A stretch of 63,987 bases of DNA, the filler included, from Thelocarpon superellum (lineage: Eukaryota): the NCBI GenBank assembly GCA_026025795.1. It is 5 parts of 5 records of this genome, joined end to end, with 100 filler letters (N's around TTAATTAATTAA, not from the genome) between each part and the next. Parts side by side here need not be neighbours in the genome. Positions count along the whole stretch, not along the records: positions 27,974 to 41,833 come from JAPEUG010000448.1; positions 41,934 to 55,787 come from JAPEUG010000449.1; 3 more parts are not named here. One strand, 5' to 3'. Made by a program: the position numbers and the translations under genes. The notes beneath the pieces are model-generated. The model did not search any database and was not told where the DNA came from. It saw nothing but the letters and a program-made list of their open reading frames with translations. Shown here in pieces: positions 39,263 to 51,800 of the stretch; within the stretch, counting starts at the first letter, position 1; every line of letters starts with the position of its first letter.

Positions 39263-39823
39263 ATGTCCCTCAAGAACGGTATGTGTAAAGCCTATGACGT
39301 ATTGTGAATCGAGGGGCACGTGCTGACGGGAGACACGCAGATGCCTTCCCCTCGTCGGGCGCCTTCGACACCATCTCGAGCTCCCTCGCCGACGCGGCCG
39401 AACGCAAAGATGCTATCAAGAAGGGCGGGGCTGTCTTCGCCTTCACCTTGAAGAATGCACAGGGCGAGACGGACAGCTGGTACATCGATCTGAAAGAGAC
39501 CGGCACGGTCGGCAAGGGAACGGGCCCCGAAGGCAAGAAGGTTGATGGTGTGTAGAGCCCTAGTCTCTTTACTTCTCCCTGGGTCTCCTCTCTTCCGGGC
39601 CATCCGGTCCTCTTGTTTCCGATCAACTGTGGCACAGTCAAGCTGACCATCGCACCTAGTGACCTTATCCCTGTCGGACGACGATTTCACCAAGCTTGTC
39701 TGCGGCAAGGCGAACGCCCAGCGTCTCTTCATGTCGGGCAAGCTGAAGGTCAAGGGCGACGTCATGAAGGCGACTAAGGCGGAGCCCATCCTGAAGAAGG
39801 CCGGGATTAAGGTCAAGCTCTAG
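39263..39823 (+). CDS. Sterol carrier protein 2 / oleate-induced peroxisomal lipid-transfer protein (POX18-like)
   Basis: MSLKN|DAFPSS...AVFAFTLKN...SWYIDLK...|VTLSLSDDDFTKLVCGKANAQRLFMSGKLKVKGDVMKATK; three exons; ends in -VKL. Confidence 0.9.
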
Positions 39824-41833
39824 GTGTCGGATCGTGGAGGATCCGGAGACGAACTGTAACAGCATCGGCCTTGTTGAGGGTATCGCCGGGGAGGACGGGG
39901 AGGATCAGCGTGGGCCCACTATTTCTGTCGGAGTACATAGCTAGGAATGATAGGAGAAGCATGGCCTGCCTGACCCGTCAGTCGTATTTGAGTGCTCCAT
40001 CGTTCCACCTGACAAGAGGCTGACTACGTCACATGGGGGCCCGTTTGGTCCTGCGCATCATGTCGGCTGTGGCGAACCGCCCCTGACCCGGGCGTGGGGA
40101 CCCATCGCCCTAAACAGGTGCCGGTCCAGGGGTCACCGGGGCGCCAATAACGACGATCTCTGAGACGACGCGTTGGGTTTGTGAAGCGTCCCCCAAGACA
40201 GCCCCTATTCGCCATGTAATCGTCAGCTCTTCGTCAGCGGTCAGCCGCTGGCAAACGCATCGATCGTTTCCGGCGGCTGTGCACTGGCTTCATCGGGCCC
40301 ACCCCCGTTGCAGCCTCGGGGGCTTGCCCGGAGCGTGGCGTGGATTTGTCGCCTCCTCCCTTCCGACCATGTCTTACCCTACCCTGTCAAATCTAGCGTT
40401 CTCGTGGCCTCAACATTCAACCCGAGTCATATCCTAGGTAGAAGCAAACCTTATGGCGCAGGAAATGACCAAGGCCACGAGCGTTTGGCCGGCCGGCGCT
40501 TGACTATCTGGGACGACGATGTCGACCAAATGTCAACATCGCTCCAGGATCGGAAGCACCGACCCCGGTCGTTTACAGGCCGAATCCGCCGATCCTCCTT
40601 TGAGATTCAGCAATCCGAGACCCCGGTCAGTGGGGGAAACTGCCTGGAAGTCTAGAGAGGTTGGGCACAAATGAGGCCGCACGCCAAGGTAACGCGGGGT
40701 TGGATGGACAAACCTTGGGACACCAAGGTGGCAGATGGTGACGACGTGTAGCCCGGGAAGACGAGCCGGGCAGCAGAAGTCTGTGCCTGTCGAGAGATGG
40801 CGCTACCACCAAAATTCAGGCGAAGACTTTTGCCGGCCGCCTCGAGACGAGGCGGACATTCGCGTAAGGCGGGTGCCTACTTCGCGAATAAGAGCCGCCA
40901 TTTTGCGAAGCCTCACTCTCCGCTGACTGATTGGGGTAAGCTCGCCACAACACGCCGGAACTAGCGAGAGTGTGAAGTCTCTCGCCGGCATCCAACCCAT
41001 GTCTCCGCCTCTGGCTTCGGTACTTGTCCTGCATCTGTGTCCGTATCATAATGGTGGTCTTCCTGGTAATGCCATGCACGCCTAACCACTTGCGTTCAAC
41101 CCGGTCTCAGGAGACGAGGGCAGAGAGCGGATGCCGGTGGCTCTCCGATACCTCTCGTCCCGACGAAGTCACTTGGCCCTCACGGGATTCGATAGGTTAT
41201 ACGGCGCCTACCCTCATTTGAGCCTCACAGTTTGACGCACGGAGACATCATAAGTCGTGCAGGTGCAGATCCATTGGCATGCTAGTACGTCGCGTTACAG
41301 CAGGTAGTGCATCCAATGCGGATGTCTTGAATGCACGCCCTCTGTTAAGGTTCTATTTTCGCCGCCCCCTCTTGAAAGAGCGGTGTTGTTGTTCAGATCC
41401 GTCCTGGCCTACCTCGCTGGTCCACGTCGCTGGTATTTCTGGTTTTCGATCCCCACAAGCATTCCCCATCATCGTGAAGTCGCCAGTCTGGTGTTGCTTG
41501 TCGCCCTTCTTGTGCTCCGGATCCTCTCCTCGTTCTCATTGACGTCCGCGTGACGTCCGAGCTTGGTCATGGCTCGCTACCCATGTTATCGGCCGGCAAA
41601 GCTTTCGAGCGGCGTTTCCAAAGTTCGCTACTACCGTGCCCGCGACCGTCCGAGCAGCGTGTCGCGCGTGCCAAGCAGTCAGGGCCGGCCCTCATCTTCG
41701 GGTCTCCCGCAGCCGCTTGGGCACGTCGGCCATTGCAAAGAGCGATATGGGGACAGGGACGGTACGGACAAGGACGGGACTGCCCAAATGATGGCGAAGA
41801 AGCCCGCGGCATCGCAAGGATATGTCCTGAGCG

Positions 41834-41933
41834 NNNNNNNNNNNNNNNNNNNNNNNNNNNNNNNNNNNNNNNNNNNNTTAATTAATTAANNNNNNNNNNN
41901 NNNNNNNNNNNNNNNNNNNNNNNNNNNNNNNNN
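41834..41933. other. Artificial contig linker
   Basis: N44-TTAATTAATTAA-N44. Confidence 0.98.
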
Positions 41934-42907
41934 TATCTATTGCTGGGACCTCACCCGGGCGTGAGTGGCGTGAAGCAGCTCGGCGAAGGTCGGAAGTTCC
42001 ATGACGAGCATCCCACGAACTAGGGCTAATGGCACCTCTAGAGCATGGCATCGATCCCGCAGACATCACAACCCTCGCCCACGTCTCCAACAGAGCGTCG
42101 TCCTCCCTGCAACGCCTTCTCGGCAAACGCCTCCTCCATTCCGCTTCCGCCCTGGGCGACCCAGAGGCAACCATCCAACTGATCTCGCAAGCGCTCCGGA
42201 ACGACTATCTCTCGCACGCCGAATATGCCGAGCCCCTCCGCCATCTCCTTGTGCTTGTACAGACCAAGCGCAACATCCGCGCCATGGTCCTTCTTGGGCA
42301 GATCCGCGCCGTGGAGGGGAAGCGCAACGAAGCGCTCGCCCTCTACCAGCGCGCAGCCGAGGACGACGCCAACGATAAGGACGACGAGGCGCGAGCAGAC
42401 GCCTGGAACGCGCTGGGACGGGAGCGTCTGAGGCGGCGCGACGAGGCTGGCGCGAAAGCAGCCTTCCAGAACGCAGCCGACCTCGATGATCCCACGGCCT
42501 ACTTCCATCTCGCCAACTGCTACCCCTCCGCCGCCCCTGAATACCAGCTCTACCATCTCAAGGCGGCCACGTCGGGCATTCCGGCCGCGGCGCATCATCT
42601 GGGCGTGCATTACGAAGCAGCGGCACATTCCACCACGGAAGACACCGAGTCTGCATCTCCATCCACCAAAGCAGCAGAGAACATCCAGCTGGCGAAAGAA
42701 TGGTACACGTTAGCTGCGCAGGCAGACTGGGCACCGAGCAGCCTCCAGCTCGCCCTGCTACTACGACGCGAGGGGAAGCGCGACGAGGGCCGCGCCTGGC
42801 TTGAGCGCATCGAGTGCCGTCGGCATCCGGAGCTGCAGCGCGACGTCACCCGCTTATTGGAGGGCTGGGACCAGGAGGGGGAGGTGCGGCTGGGACCAGA
42901 GATGTGA
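41934..42907 (+). CDS. Sel1/TPR-repeat protein, probably 5'-truncated
   Basis: Helical repeats AMVLLGQI..EALALYQRAA, AWNALG..AFQNAADLDDPTAYFHLA, AAHHLG..AKEWYTLAA. A probable intron at about 41961-42040 makes ATG 42029 a doubtful start. Confidence 0.75.
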
Positions 42908-42930
42908 ACGGCGGGGGATCGGATGTTTTT

Positions 42931-43005
42931 AGTACAGTACAGTACAGTACAGTACAGTACAGTACAGTACAGTACAGTACAGTACAGTACAGTACAGTAC
43001 AGTAC
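42931..43005 (+). repeat. Perfect pentanucleotide microsatellite (AGTAC)x15
   Basis: Direct reading; lies between the convergent Sel1 and CTP synthase stop codons. Confidence 0.98.
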
Positions 43006-43213
43006 ACGCTTATGCGTCTTCTTGGAATCCTTCGTCCATTGACGACTTGCGACTTGCGGCTTGCGACCCTCTCTCTATACAAAGCGAAACTCGACGGTGA
43101 TGGTAACGTAGCAGGCAGAGCGGGGTGGATGAAATACATGCACGAGCAGGATGCAATCAGTAAACAGACAAGCACGCACACACGCAAGCAAGCGGGTAAA
43201 CAGCCTCCCCCCC

Positions 43214-45360
43214 TCATACGGCCACGTGGGCAACGCCATTCGTAAGATGATGCACGGGCCCCGCTGCCTCTCCACTCGGCGCCTGCGCGTGGAGCGAAGC
43301 CCGGCGCTGCTCCGTCACCTGCTCCAGACACCCGGCGCTGGCGGCCACGAAGCCCAGGTAGGGCACGCTGGGATGCAGCACGCGGCTGAGGTATTCCGGG
43401 TGGAACTGCACGCCCACGTACCATGGGTGCTCCTTCAGTTCCAGTATCTCCATGCGCTCGCCCCGGTCGTCTTTGCCGATGAACTCGAGCCCGCTGGCCG
43501 AGAGGCGCTCGATGTATTGCGGGTTCACTTCGTATCGGTGTCGATGCCGCTCCTGTACCTCTTGCCGCTCGCCGTAGAGCCGGCGCAGTCGGCTCCACGA
43601 GCTGCCGGCTTGGAACAGCGTCGGTCGGAGCCCGAGACGCATCGTCCCCCCCAGCTTGTTCCGGTCGATCTCGGGCATGTAGATGATGACGGGATCGGGC
43701 GTCTGCTCGTCGAACTCGATCGAGGAGGCGCCCTCGATCTGGCACACGTTGCGCGCGAACTCAATCACCGCGACTTGCATGCCCAGACAGATGCCCAGAA
43801 AGGGCGTTTGGTGTTGCCGCGCATACTTGGCCGCGGCAATCATGCCCTCGATCCCGCGCTCGCCGAACCCGCCCGGCACGAGGATGCCGTCGGCCGTGCA
43901 TATCTCGTGCCACGCCTTGTGGTATGACGCGTACTTCTCCTGGTCCGTCTGCGGTTCCAGGTGGGCCGCATCCACCCAGATCAGCTCGAGCTTCTTCCCA
44001 CATCGCATCGTCGCGTGTTCGAGCGACTTGATCACGCTGAGGTACGAGTCATGCAGCTTCGTGTACTTGCCCACCAACGCGATCTTGACGCTCTCGTACA
44101 GATGGTCCTGCGCAACCGTCAATCGCTTCCACTCGTGCCACGTCTGCTGTCCGCGCGTGCGGAGCGTCGGCGAGATGACCACGGCGTCGAGCCTCAGGAT
44201 GTTGCGCAGGAGGCCGATGAGACCTTGCTTCTCCAGCAGGAGGGGCACATGGTACGTTGACGACACGTCATGCACCGCCACCACCTGCTCACTCTCAACT
44301 TGGCAGAACATGGCGATCTTGTCCGTGGTCGATTTGTCCAAAGGCTCGATGCACCGGCACGCAATCTACGCGGCATCAGCCAGGCGCCGTATCCCCTCGC
44401 GACGGCACTCACCAGATCCGGGCTCAGACCCGCACTGCGTACGTCGCGGATGGCCTGCTGCGTCGGCTTCGTCTTCTGCTCGCCGCCCACCACCGGGATG
44501 AGCGAGACGTGGATCTGCAGGAAGTTGTCCTTGCCTGCGCGCCGCCGTAGTTGGCGCATGGCCTCGATGAAGGGCCCGCTCTCGATGTCGCCCACCGTCC
44601 CACCAAGCTCGATGATGCACACATCTGGCTGCTCCTTCGTGTCATCCACAGGGATCTTGGCCACTCGCTCGATCCAGTCTTGGATGGCATCGGTCAAGTG
44701 CGGCACGACCTGCACCGTCCGTCCAAGGTAATCGCCGCGTCGCTCGCGCTCAATTACGTGCTGATAGATCTTGCCCGTCGTGATGTTGTTTTCGCGGGTC
44801 AGCGTGATGTTGAGGTAGCGCTCGTAGTTGCCCAGGTCAAGGTCGACCTCGCCACCGTCATCTAGCACAAAGACCTCGCCGTGTCTGCCTCATGTCTCAG
44901 CATTGACCTACGCAATGGTCACGGCCGGTCTAGACACCAAAGGGGCCTCACTCCATCGGCGACATCGTCCCAGCGTCCACATTCATATACGGGTCGATCT
45001 TGATCGAGGACACGTGGCTAGGGTGTCAGCATTCAAGCATCCGGGTACCACTACGGCAGGGAACAACATATCTTAAGGCCCACGGTCTTGAGTAACAAAC
45101 CAGTGGACGATGCTGGTTCATCGCGAAACCTTGGTCAGCTCCGGGTGACACATGTATTGGTGTCGGACACCAGCTGTTAGGGATAAGGCGGGGCAGGTGC
45201 GATGGACGTGGAATGTGGTGGGGCACGCATACCGATGACGCCTTTGCCAATACCGCTGATCACGCCTGCGCGCCCCGCAACGTTAGTCAAGGTGGGGTAG
45301 GTGGGGGGGCACCTGCACGACGGGGAGTGGCAGACCTCCGGACACCAGCACATACTTCAT
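43214..45360 (-). CDS. URA7: CTP synthase (multi-exon)
   Basis: [17 protein letters not shown]...[54 protein letters not shown]; glutaminase motifs GICLGMQ, RHRHRYE, QFHPE. Confidence 0.97.
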
Positions 45361-45558
45361 GACGGCGACGGCTGCGGGGGGCAAGAAGAGAGGGGGATTA
45401 TGTTTAATGCCGTCCTGGCCGACAGCAGGTGGAAGGAGGGAGTGAAGAGACGAAAGTCATCAGGCGTCCGGAACACTGCTGAGAGAGAGGTGGTGGGACG
45501 TGTCTTGGTCGCGTCTCTCCCTGTCTAGACGGATCGGGTATAGTGGTGTCAGACATAA

Positions 45559-46197
45559 TGGTCTGTTGGTTCGACGTGCGAGGGCCGACGCTTACTTACG
45601 AGGAAGAGCAGTCTTAGAGGCACAATAACATCATTAAGCGGGGCGGCGTTCAAGGCGGCTGTCATCCTGACCGTGCACCAGGTGAAGGGCATATACCCTT
45701 CGAGCGGGCTCTCGGAGGCAGGGAAGAGCAGTGTAGCTGAAGCGTTCTGCAACCAGCACGGAACAGCCCTCGCGTTTCGAGCCGAGTTTGTCCACTTCAA
45801 CAATTTGACAAGCGAACTAGGAAAGAGCGCCTACAGCCTGCCTGAGGGAGAGCAGGCCCTGCCCTTCTTCCATGAGCTCGAACGCTTCCTGACGGCTCAT
45901 TACTGCCTCCGGATCATCACCATTGAAAATCTGCACCGCCACGAGGTTGGTCAGTGGCTCCAGAGGTGGATTGGGAAGAAATTGCAGGTCATTTATGTTG
46001 ACACAGTCGAAGTCAAGAGGTATGAGAGGGCTCTCATCACGCCTGGAGCAGCAGTCCGCAATGACCAGGTGAAGCGAGCGAGAGGCGAGGAGCTTACACG
46101 GTCGCATGCCGATTTGGTGCTGGACAACAACAGCGACTTTGACAATACCGTGCAGAACCGGCCACAATCTGCAAAGGGCAACAGAATGGAGGCTTAG
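45559..46197 (+). pseudogene. ATG-less, intronless P-loop nucleotide-kinase-like reading frame (probable gene remnant)
   Basis: Walker A GLSEAGKSS, plus VIYVDT..KRYER and ADLVLDNN as in NMP/dephospho-CoA-kinase-like folds. The frame is open from the TAA at 45556-58 with no in-frame ATG before the domain. Confidence 0.6.
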
Positions 46198-46296
46198 CGG
46201 AACGCTGTAGAGATAGATGCCATCCAGCATCCAAGGGCCAGGACAGCTAGTCTAACCGAAGAAGCATATGGATCGTTTACGTTTCCGCTTTAGCAG

Positions 46297-46860
46297 TCAC
46301 TCCTCCCGCTGGTGACCCTTCCAATCCCGACCATATGTTGTATTGACGAGGTCAATCGCTCTTTCGACGATTAAACAGTCACCCCGGAACGTCAACCTCT
46401 CCAGAACATCAGTGTAGCTGTGAAACTCCACAGCAAACTTCTCTCCCTCCTGCGACCTTCTCGGCTGGCTTTCATCGACCGCAGCGACGTATCAGTAAAT
46501 GATTTTGATACTGCCGTTCGTAAACCGCCGGGTTAAGAGGTGGAAGGGTTCGCAGATGCCGGTGTAGAAACGTGCCGTGTCGTCGAGATGCTCTTCTCTC
46601 ATCGCAGGGGGAGCGCGAGTGAGCATGTTCACACGCAGCAGATGACAAGGATAGCCAGTCTCTTCCGTGCTCTCACGGATAGCAGCGGCCTGGAGGTGCT
46701 CTTCGCAGTTGCGTCTTCCCTTGGCCAGCACATACTCGTCGCTAGCCAGGAGACGGAGGACACAGATCTCTTGGGTGGATAGACGAAAGAGGACGGCGCC
46801 GGCGCTCTCGATGAAATCTTCCGAATTGTACAGTTCGGAATCGAATCGGCAGATGGCCAT
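46297..46860 (-). pseudogene. Nudix hydrolase interrupted by an in-frame TGA at 46494-46492
   Basis: SAGAVLF and Nudix box GRRNCEEHLQAAAIRESTEETGY. The frame continues after KIIY* as YVAAVDE...KFAVEFHSYTDVLERLTFRGDCLIVERAIDLV to TGA at 46299-46297. Confidence 0.8.
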
Positions 46861-47427
46861 GTCAGCTCGTCTCGGGAGATTGGCGGCTTGTGTTGAAAGC
46901 CTTTGACGGAATACACCAGACAGGAGGCACAGGTTGGGTGAGGGGGTCTGTATGTACGACTGGGAACGACACTGGAGGACGAAAGGATGTGCTGGTTGGG
47001 CCCATAGCGAAGGCTAGTTCCTTCGCTCATCACCTCCAACATTCGAGGAGATCCCCTCTAATGACTCAATTACGAGGAGCCACGAGGAACCACGAGGCTT
47101 CGTATAAGTACAGGACGGAAACACAGACCCGGCACATCCGGTAGGCGCGATAGAGTCATCAACCACGAGGCCACGACACGGGGTCATTCCGTTCCATTCA
47201 GTCGTCAGGGACATGGCCCGTCATTATACGGTGATCCAATGCTATGCCGTCGTAAGATGCACCTCCGTTCGCGGCGCAGCGAGGTGCGTCATCCACCACC
47301 ATCGCCCAAACACATCAAACCCCATCGTAACCCCCCGTTGCGCCGGCGAAAAATGCCCAGGAATACCGACACCGCCTCCACGTCATGCATCACGGGACTG
47401 CTCAGCCCACCTGTCCTTGGCAGCGGG

Positions 47428-48847
47428 TCATCGCTTGCGTCTTTTCTTTCCCCGTCCGCTCTCCTCCCCCTCGGCCGGCTCGTCCGGCTCGTCCGCACCG
47501 CTGTCGTCGTCGCGCGCGTGCGTGCCCGTCTTCTCCTGCCCGGTCTTCTCGTTCCCCTTCTTCACCGAGATGGCGCATCCCTGACGCTTCAGCGCTTTGG
47601 TCAGCGTCGTGCTGGCCCGCATGCCGGGAAAGTCCTTGGCCGTAAACACCGTAAACACCTCGCTCGTCGTTTCCGTGATGATGGGCGTGTATCCGCCCGG
47701 CTCCGCCGCGGTCGCCTCGATCCGCATGAGGACGAAGCGGAGGCGGTATTGACCATTCGTGCGACACGAGAGGTCGGGGAAACAGAAGAAGCACCCCTCC
47801 TGATCACGCTCGTCGATGCCCACAAACGGCGATGACACCAGCGTCCCCATCAAGCGTCGCGTCACCTTGCGGTCCTGGCTCTGCAGCGCCGTCTCGTCGT
47901 TGGTCGCGTCCACGTTCCAGAGCGTGCAATGCACCACGTTGAAGGGGTACCGGAGCTCATCCGGCACCGTCTTATCAGCTGCTGCGTCGCGCATCCGTAG
48001 CTGCACAATGGGAGGGGGATCAATCACTCGACGGTCACGCTCGCCAAAGCCACACGCGCGTGCCGCCAGGGGTTGTTGCCGGACCGTGATCTCGTACCGG
48101 CTCAGGCTGCAAGCAAGGGGAAGAGTCCACGGTCAGCGGCGCACGTCCTCGAGCACTCGGCCTTCTCACCTGTTCGGGCTCGGCCCATCACGCACGCCCG
48201 CGGGTGCGTCACTTCTCGTTTCGGGCCGAATCGATCCGGCGGGGATGATCGAAGGCCGATGGGCTTCGGTCGGGGCGTACGGTTCGTCATAGGAGGACGC
48301 ATATCCCGCCGGGTCACGTCTGAGTCGCCATTCCTGGATCAACCATTGTCGCGCGTCACGGACCCGTGATGACTTACCCATACGTGCTCGGGGGTGACGG
48401 CCCGAGGCTGGCCGGGGCCGGGGCCGGGGCCGGGGCCGCGTGTGGAACGACCTCGACGCGTTGCGGGCCAGGGAGGGCCGCACGAGGAGGGTAGGAGGGA
48501 TGGGGCCGGGACGGGGGGTAGGTCGGGGCGGAGAGCAAGGCGCTCAGCGGCGCGGCGGGCCGTCGTTCCTGCTCCAGCCCGGTCGGGGATGTTTGTAGAT
48601 GGGGAGAGCTGAGAGGAATGAAGGGCGGAGGATGTGAAACCATGGCCGCGGGGGTGAGGGCACTGACGTGATGCGCGGGGAGATGTGATCGTGGATCGGG
48701 GTCCGGGAGTGGGGGGGCAAAAGCGCGGGGTAGGGGATGGAGGCCGGCATGGGCCCGTTGCATCTCAATCATGGGCGAGGCGGGAGCGCCGAGGCGCGGT
48801 GGAGGACCTGAATAGACTGGCGATGCTGGTGGAGGTCGCGAGGACAT
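47428..48847 (-). CDS. velC: Velvet-family regulator, VelC/Vel3 type
   Basis: C-terminal velvet domain RYEITVRQQPLAARACGFGERDRRVIDPPPIVQL...RRLMGTLVSSPF...FCFPDLSCRT.GQYRLRF...VFTAKDFPGM; Pro-rich N-terminus; two introns near 48377 and 48170; terminal NLS-like KKRRKR. Confidence 0.85.
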
Positions 48848-51800
48848 GGATCATATGCGCTCGGGCCACGAAGCCTGCGAGATGTGAGTCCAGGTCGCAA
48901 GTACCCGCATTGGTCGTCGCCCGTGGAGAGACCGGCGGTGGCCGGCGAGGCAAGGGATCCAGGCAGCGCCGTCAATGAGCCTCTGCGGCCGAAAGCCCGT
49001 GGCCACGGCGGTGGCACTCCACGAAGTGAAGAGCTGGAGCGGGCGCCGGCTTGACGTCGTCGTGCTCGTCGCCGTGAAAGAGTGCGGAGGCCCGGACGGC
49101 GGGTACCGACATCGGCTCGCGACGGAAGCGCTCGAGGCGAGGGCGATGATGAGAGCAAGGCCGAGAGCAATGGCAAGAGCAGCGAGATTCACCCTCGACC
49201 GAATCGTCGTCGACCGAGGCGCTTCGTGAGAGGGCGAGGCTCGAGTGAGACATGCCAGGGATCGCAATGTCGCACCGACGCGGCCTCAACCCGGGAAGGT
49301 CGTGGGCAGATATACGATCGGAGCCATGGTGGCGCGCGCCCTCGCCGATACTGCGTGACTGCTCGGGACTGACGTTGGGGAGGACGAGTAAGCGAGAGCC
49401 TCCGTGCAGCCTCGGGCGAGCAGCGATCGGCGTCGGCGGCGGAGAAATCGTCGAGTCGATGGCGAGGGAGTAGAAGAGGGAGTGAGAGAGGGTGTCCTGG
49501 ATCGTGGAGGTGACGGTTCCTGCCCCCCGGTCAGGGTAGGGGTCCGATGGGGGGGAAGGTGGGGGCAGAGCACGGGGGAACGGCGGCCGTCAACAAGCAC
49601 CAGTGCCCACACCAGCAAGCACCAGCCCCAGCCGGAGCGCAGCGCGCGCGGGCTCGCGGGCGCGGACGCGGACGCGGGCACGGTGGAGGCGGCGGCGGCG
49701 GCGGCGGTGGTGCTGCTGCTGGGCTCCTGCTGCTGGTCGCGGGGAGTGGCATGGTGGTGGACGAGACGAACCGGTGCAGGGAGTCTTGTGATGCTGCATG
49801 CTTAGCGTGTGCCGCAACAACGCCCCTGTCCGGGCAATGATCGTAGCTTTTGCCCTGCACCGTGCGGTTCCGATGTGCGAGCGTTGGAGTCGGCCGGACG
49901 CGGGAGGGAGCAAACCGAGATTCCACTGCAGCGGCGGACGCGATTCGCGGCAGATCCGCGAGTGGGGGGGGGGACTGGGGGAATGTCGTGTGTGGGTCAG
50001 CGTGAAGGTGAAGGATGGGGGAGGGGTGGGTGGTGGGGAGCCACTGGCGGAGACCGCTCTGGCTGTCTTGTTCCAGCGCCCAGCCCAGCAGCCCGGCCGA
50101 CGGCGGAGCAGACGCGATGGCCGGCATTGGACGACGATCGCCACTCGTTGTTTCCTCTGGCACTCGCTCCCCCTCCTCGCCCCCCGGTCCGGAGGGAGTG
50201 GGGTTCGGGTGAGAGACTTAGTTTGACAAGTTGCTTTCATCAAGCCTTCGTACACGGAGTCTAGGTATGGGTGCTCGTACATCCTCGTCGGCGGAAATGG
50301 AGCGCAGCGGCAGTTCAGACCTACGGACCAGTGCTCGACCAGGTCCAGGATCCACGGCGAACGAGAGCTACAGGATGAGGTGCATGAGCGCCGCCGACGG
50401 GACCAGGATCCTCCTTCCGGTTGGCCTGTCGGTCTTCGGATGTCGGGCGTGGGCTGCCGCTAAAAGGTCCAGGTTGGCTAGCAGGCTGGCAGGGCCCACC
50501 AACCGAGCAGCTCCTAGCCCATAGCACCCAGCACCCAGCACCCAGCTCCCAGCAACACCGGCAGCGCCGGGGCAGGTCCGCCGGACAGGGCCGGACTTTT
50601 AAGGTTGGGAAGGGTGAGGCGCGGAGAAGGGCCGCGCAGCAACACCGCAGCACGGGGCGACGGCCGCAGACGCCCGCCGTCGAGCAGGCCCCCCTGGGAC
50701 GCTGCCTTGATGCGCTGCAAAACAAACAGACGAGGAAGCGAAAACCGAAAAGCGAAACGCGCATCGGCATGGCGAACATCTGTCCATCGATGCATCTATC
50801 GAGCCATCGACGCATCGCGGGAGACTTACGCCATGGGCCGTCCTCTTCGCAGCCCGGGGATCGGTGGCGGGGCTCGATCCTTTCGCTCAACCCTGGATTT
50901 TTGTCGGCTGTCCGCCTGGGTGCGGTCATCCTCCCCCTCCACCCTAACTACAAGAGGCGTGGGAGAGACGGTAGATGATGCCGATCACTTGACGTGTCTC
51001 CTTGTGTCAAAGGGACTTCCACCCTCACCGAGAGCCCTTCACCTACGCGTAAGACCTGGTCGGGGAAAGCTCGAGGTCCCTGAACCTTATGTTGGGTCGA
51101 ACGAAAGCTACGGCGTATTCATCATGTAATGCAGCTGTCGGAGACTGGCCTTCGGAATCGTGCATCGCCTTGCAGTCCGCACAGTGGCTACCTACCAACG
51201 TACTCGTGCAGACCCTGTCCCCCCTGCTTCATGGCGCTACAACCGCGGCTACGTTGTATCGAGACACGGCCAGCAACCTATGCAGGAGATCTACCCGCGG
51301 GCAAGAAGATTCAACCGGATCATGTCGTTCTCGTGCCTTTGCAGATACATTTTTGCCGCCTGTACCATATCTGCAATAAGTACCGCGCGACTCGTCTCGC
51401 ACGAGTCTCGCACGAGTACCTCTGGGTATCCCATACCATGGCGGACGACCGCCCCTAGTCCATGGCGGGATCACTTTTAGCCGGTAAGTCAAGGTGGGCC
51501 GTCATGCGGCCGAACCGACGGCCCACGGCGATTGGCCCCCATTCGTCGCCAGGACTGACGCGCCCAGGTCGAGTGCTCTCCCTCCCAACCGTCCGCTGCG
51601 GTCTTGCTTAGGCTAGCCCAAGTATCCCGGCTGACATCCCGGCGACAATCTGTCAGACATGCGTCTTCGGAAGGCAGATCGCTTCCTCGGGGACCAGGCT
51701 CGCCCTCGCCGATGCGTCGCTTATGTCCGCCCGCGCCCTGCATCGTCGCAATGTAAACCTGGGTTGTCTGGAGGAAATGATGCGCTGAAAGCCTAACGTG

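Noticed and set aside
39900..41833. Short ORFs at the end of contig 3, including 41563 onward
   Set aside because: No recognisable motifs, codon bias or splice pattern.
42846..43745. 299-aa ORF with CTVLY repeats (and the opposite-strand STVQY repeats)
   Set aside because: Translation of the (AGTAC)15 microsatellite plus an alternative frame of CTP synthase.
43214..45360. CTP synthase as a self-resistance copy of a nucleoside biosynthetic cluster
   Set aside because: It has an ordinary intron-rich housekeeping structure and canonical motifs, and there are no other biosynthetic genes on the contig.
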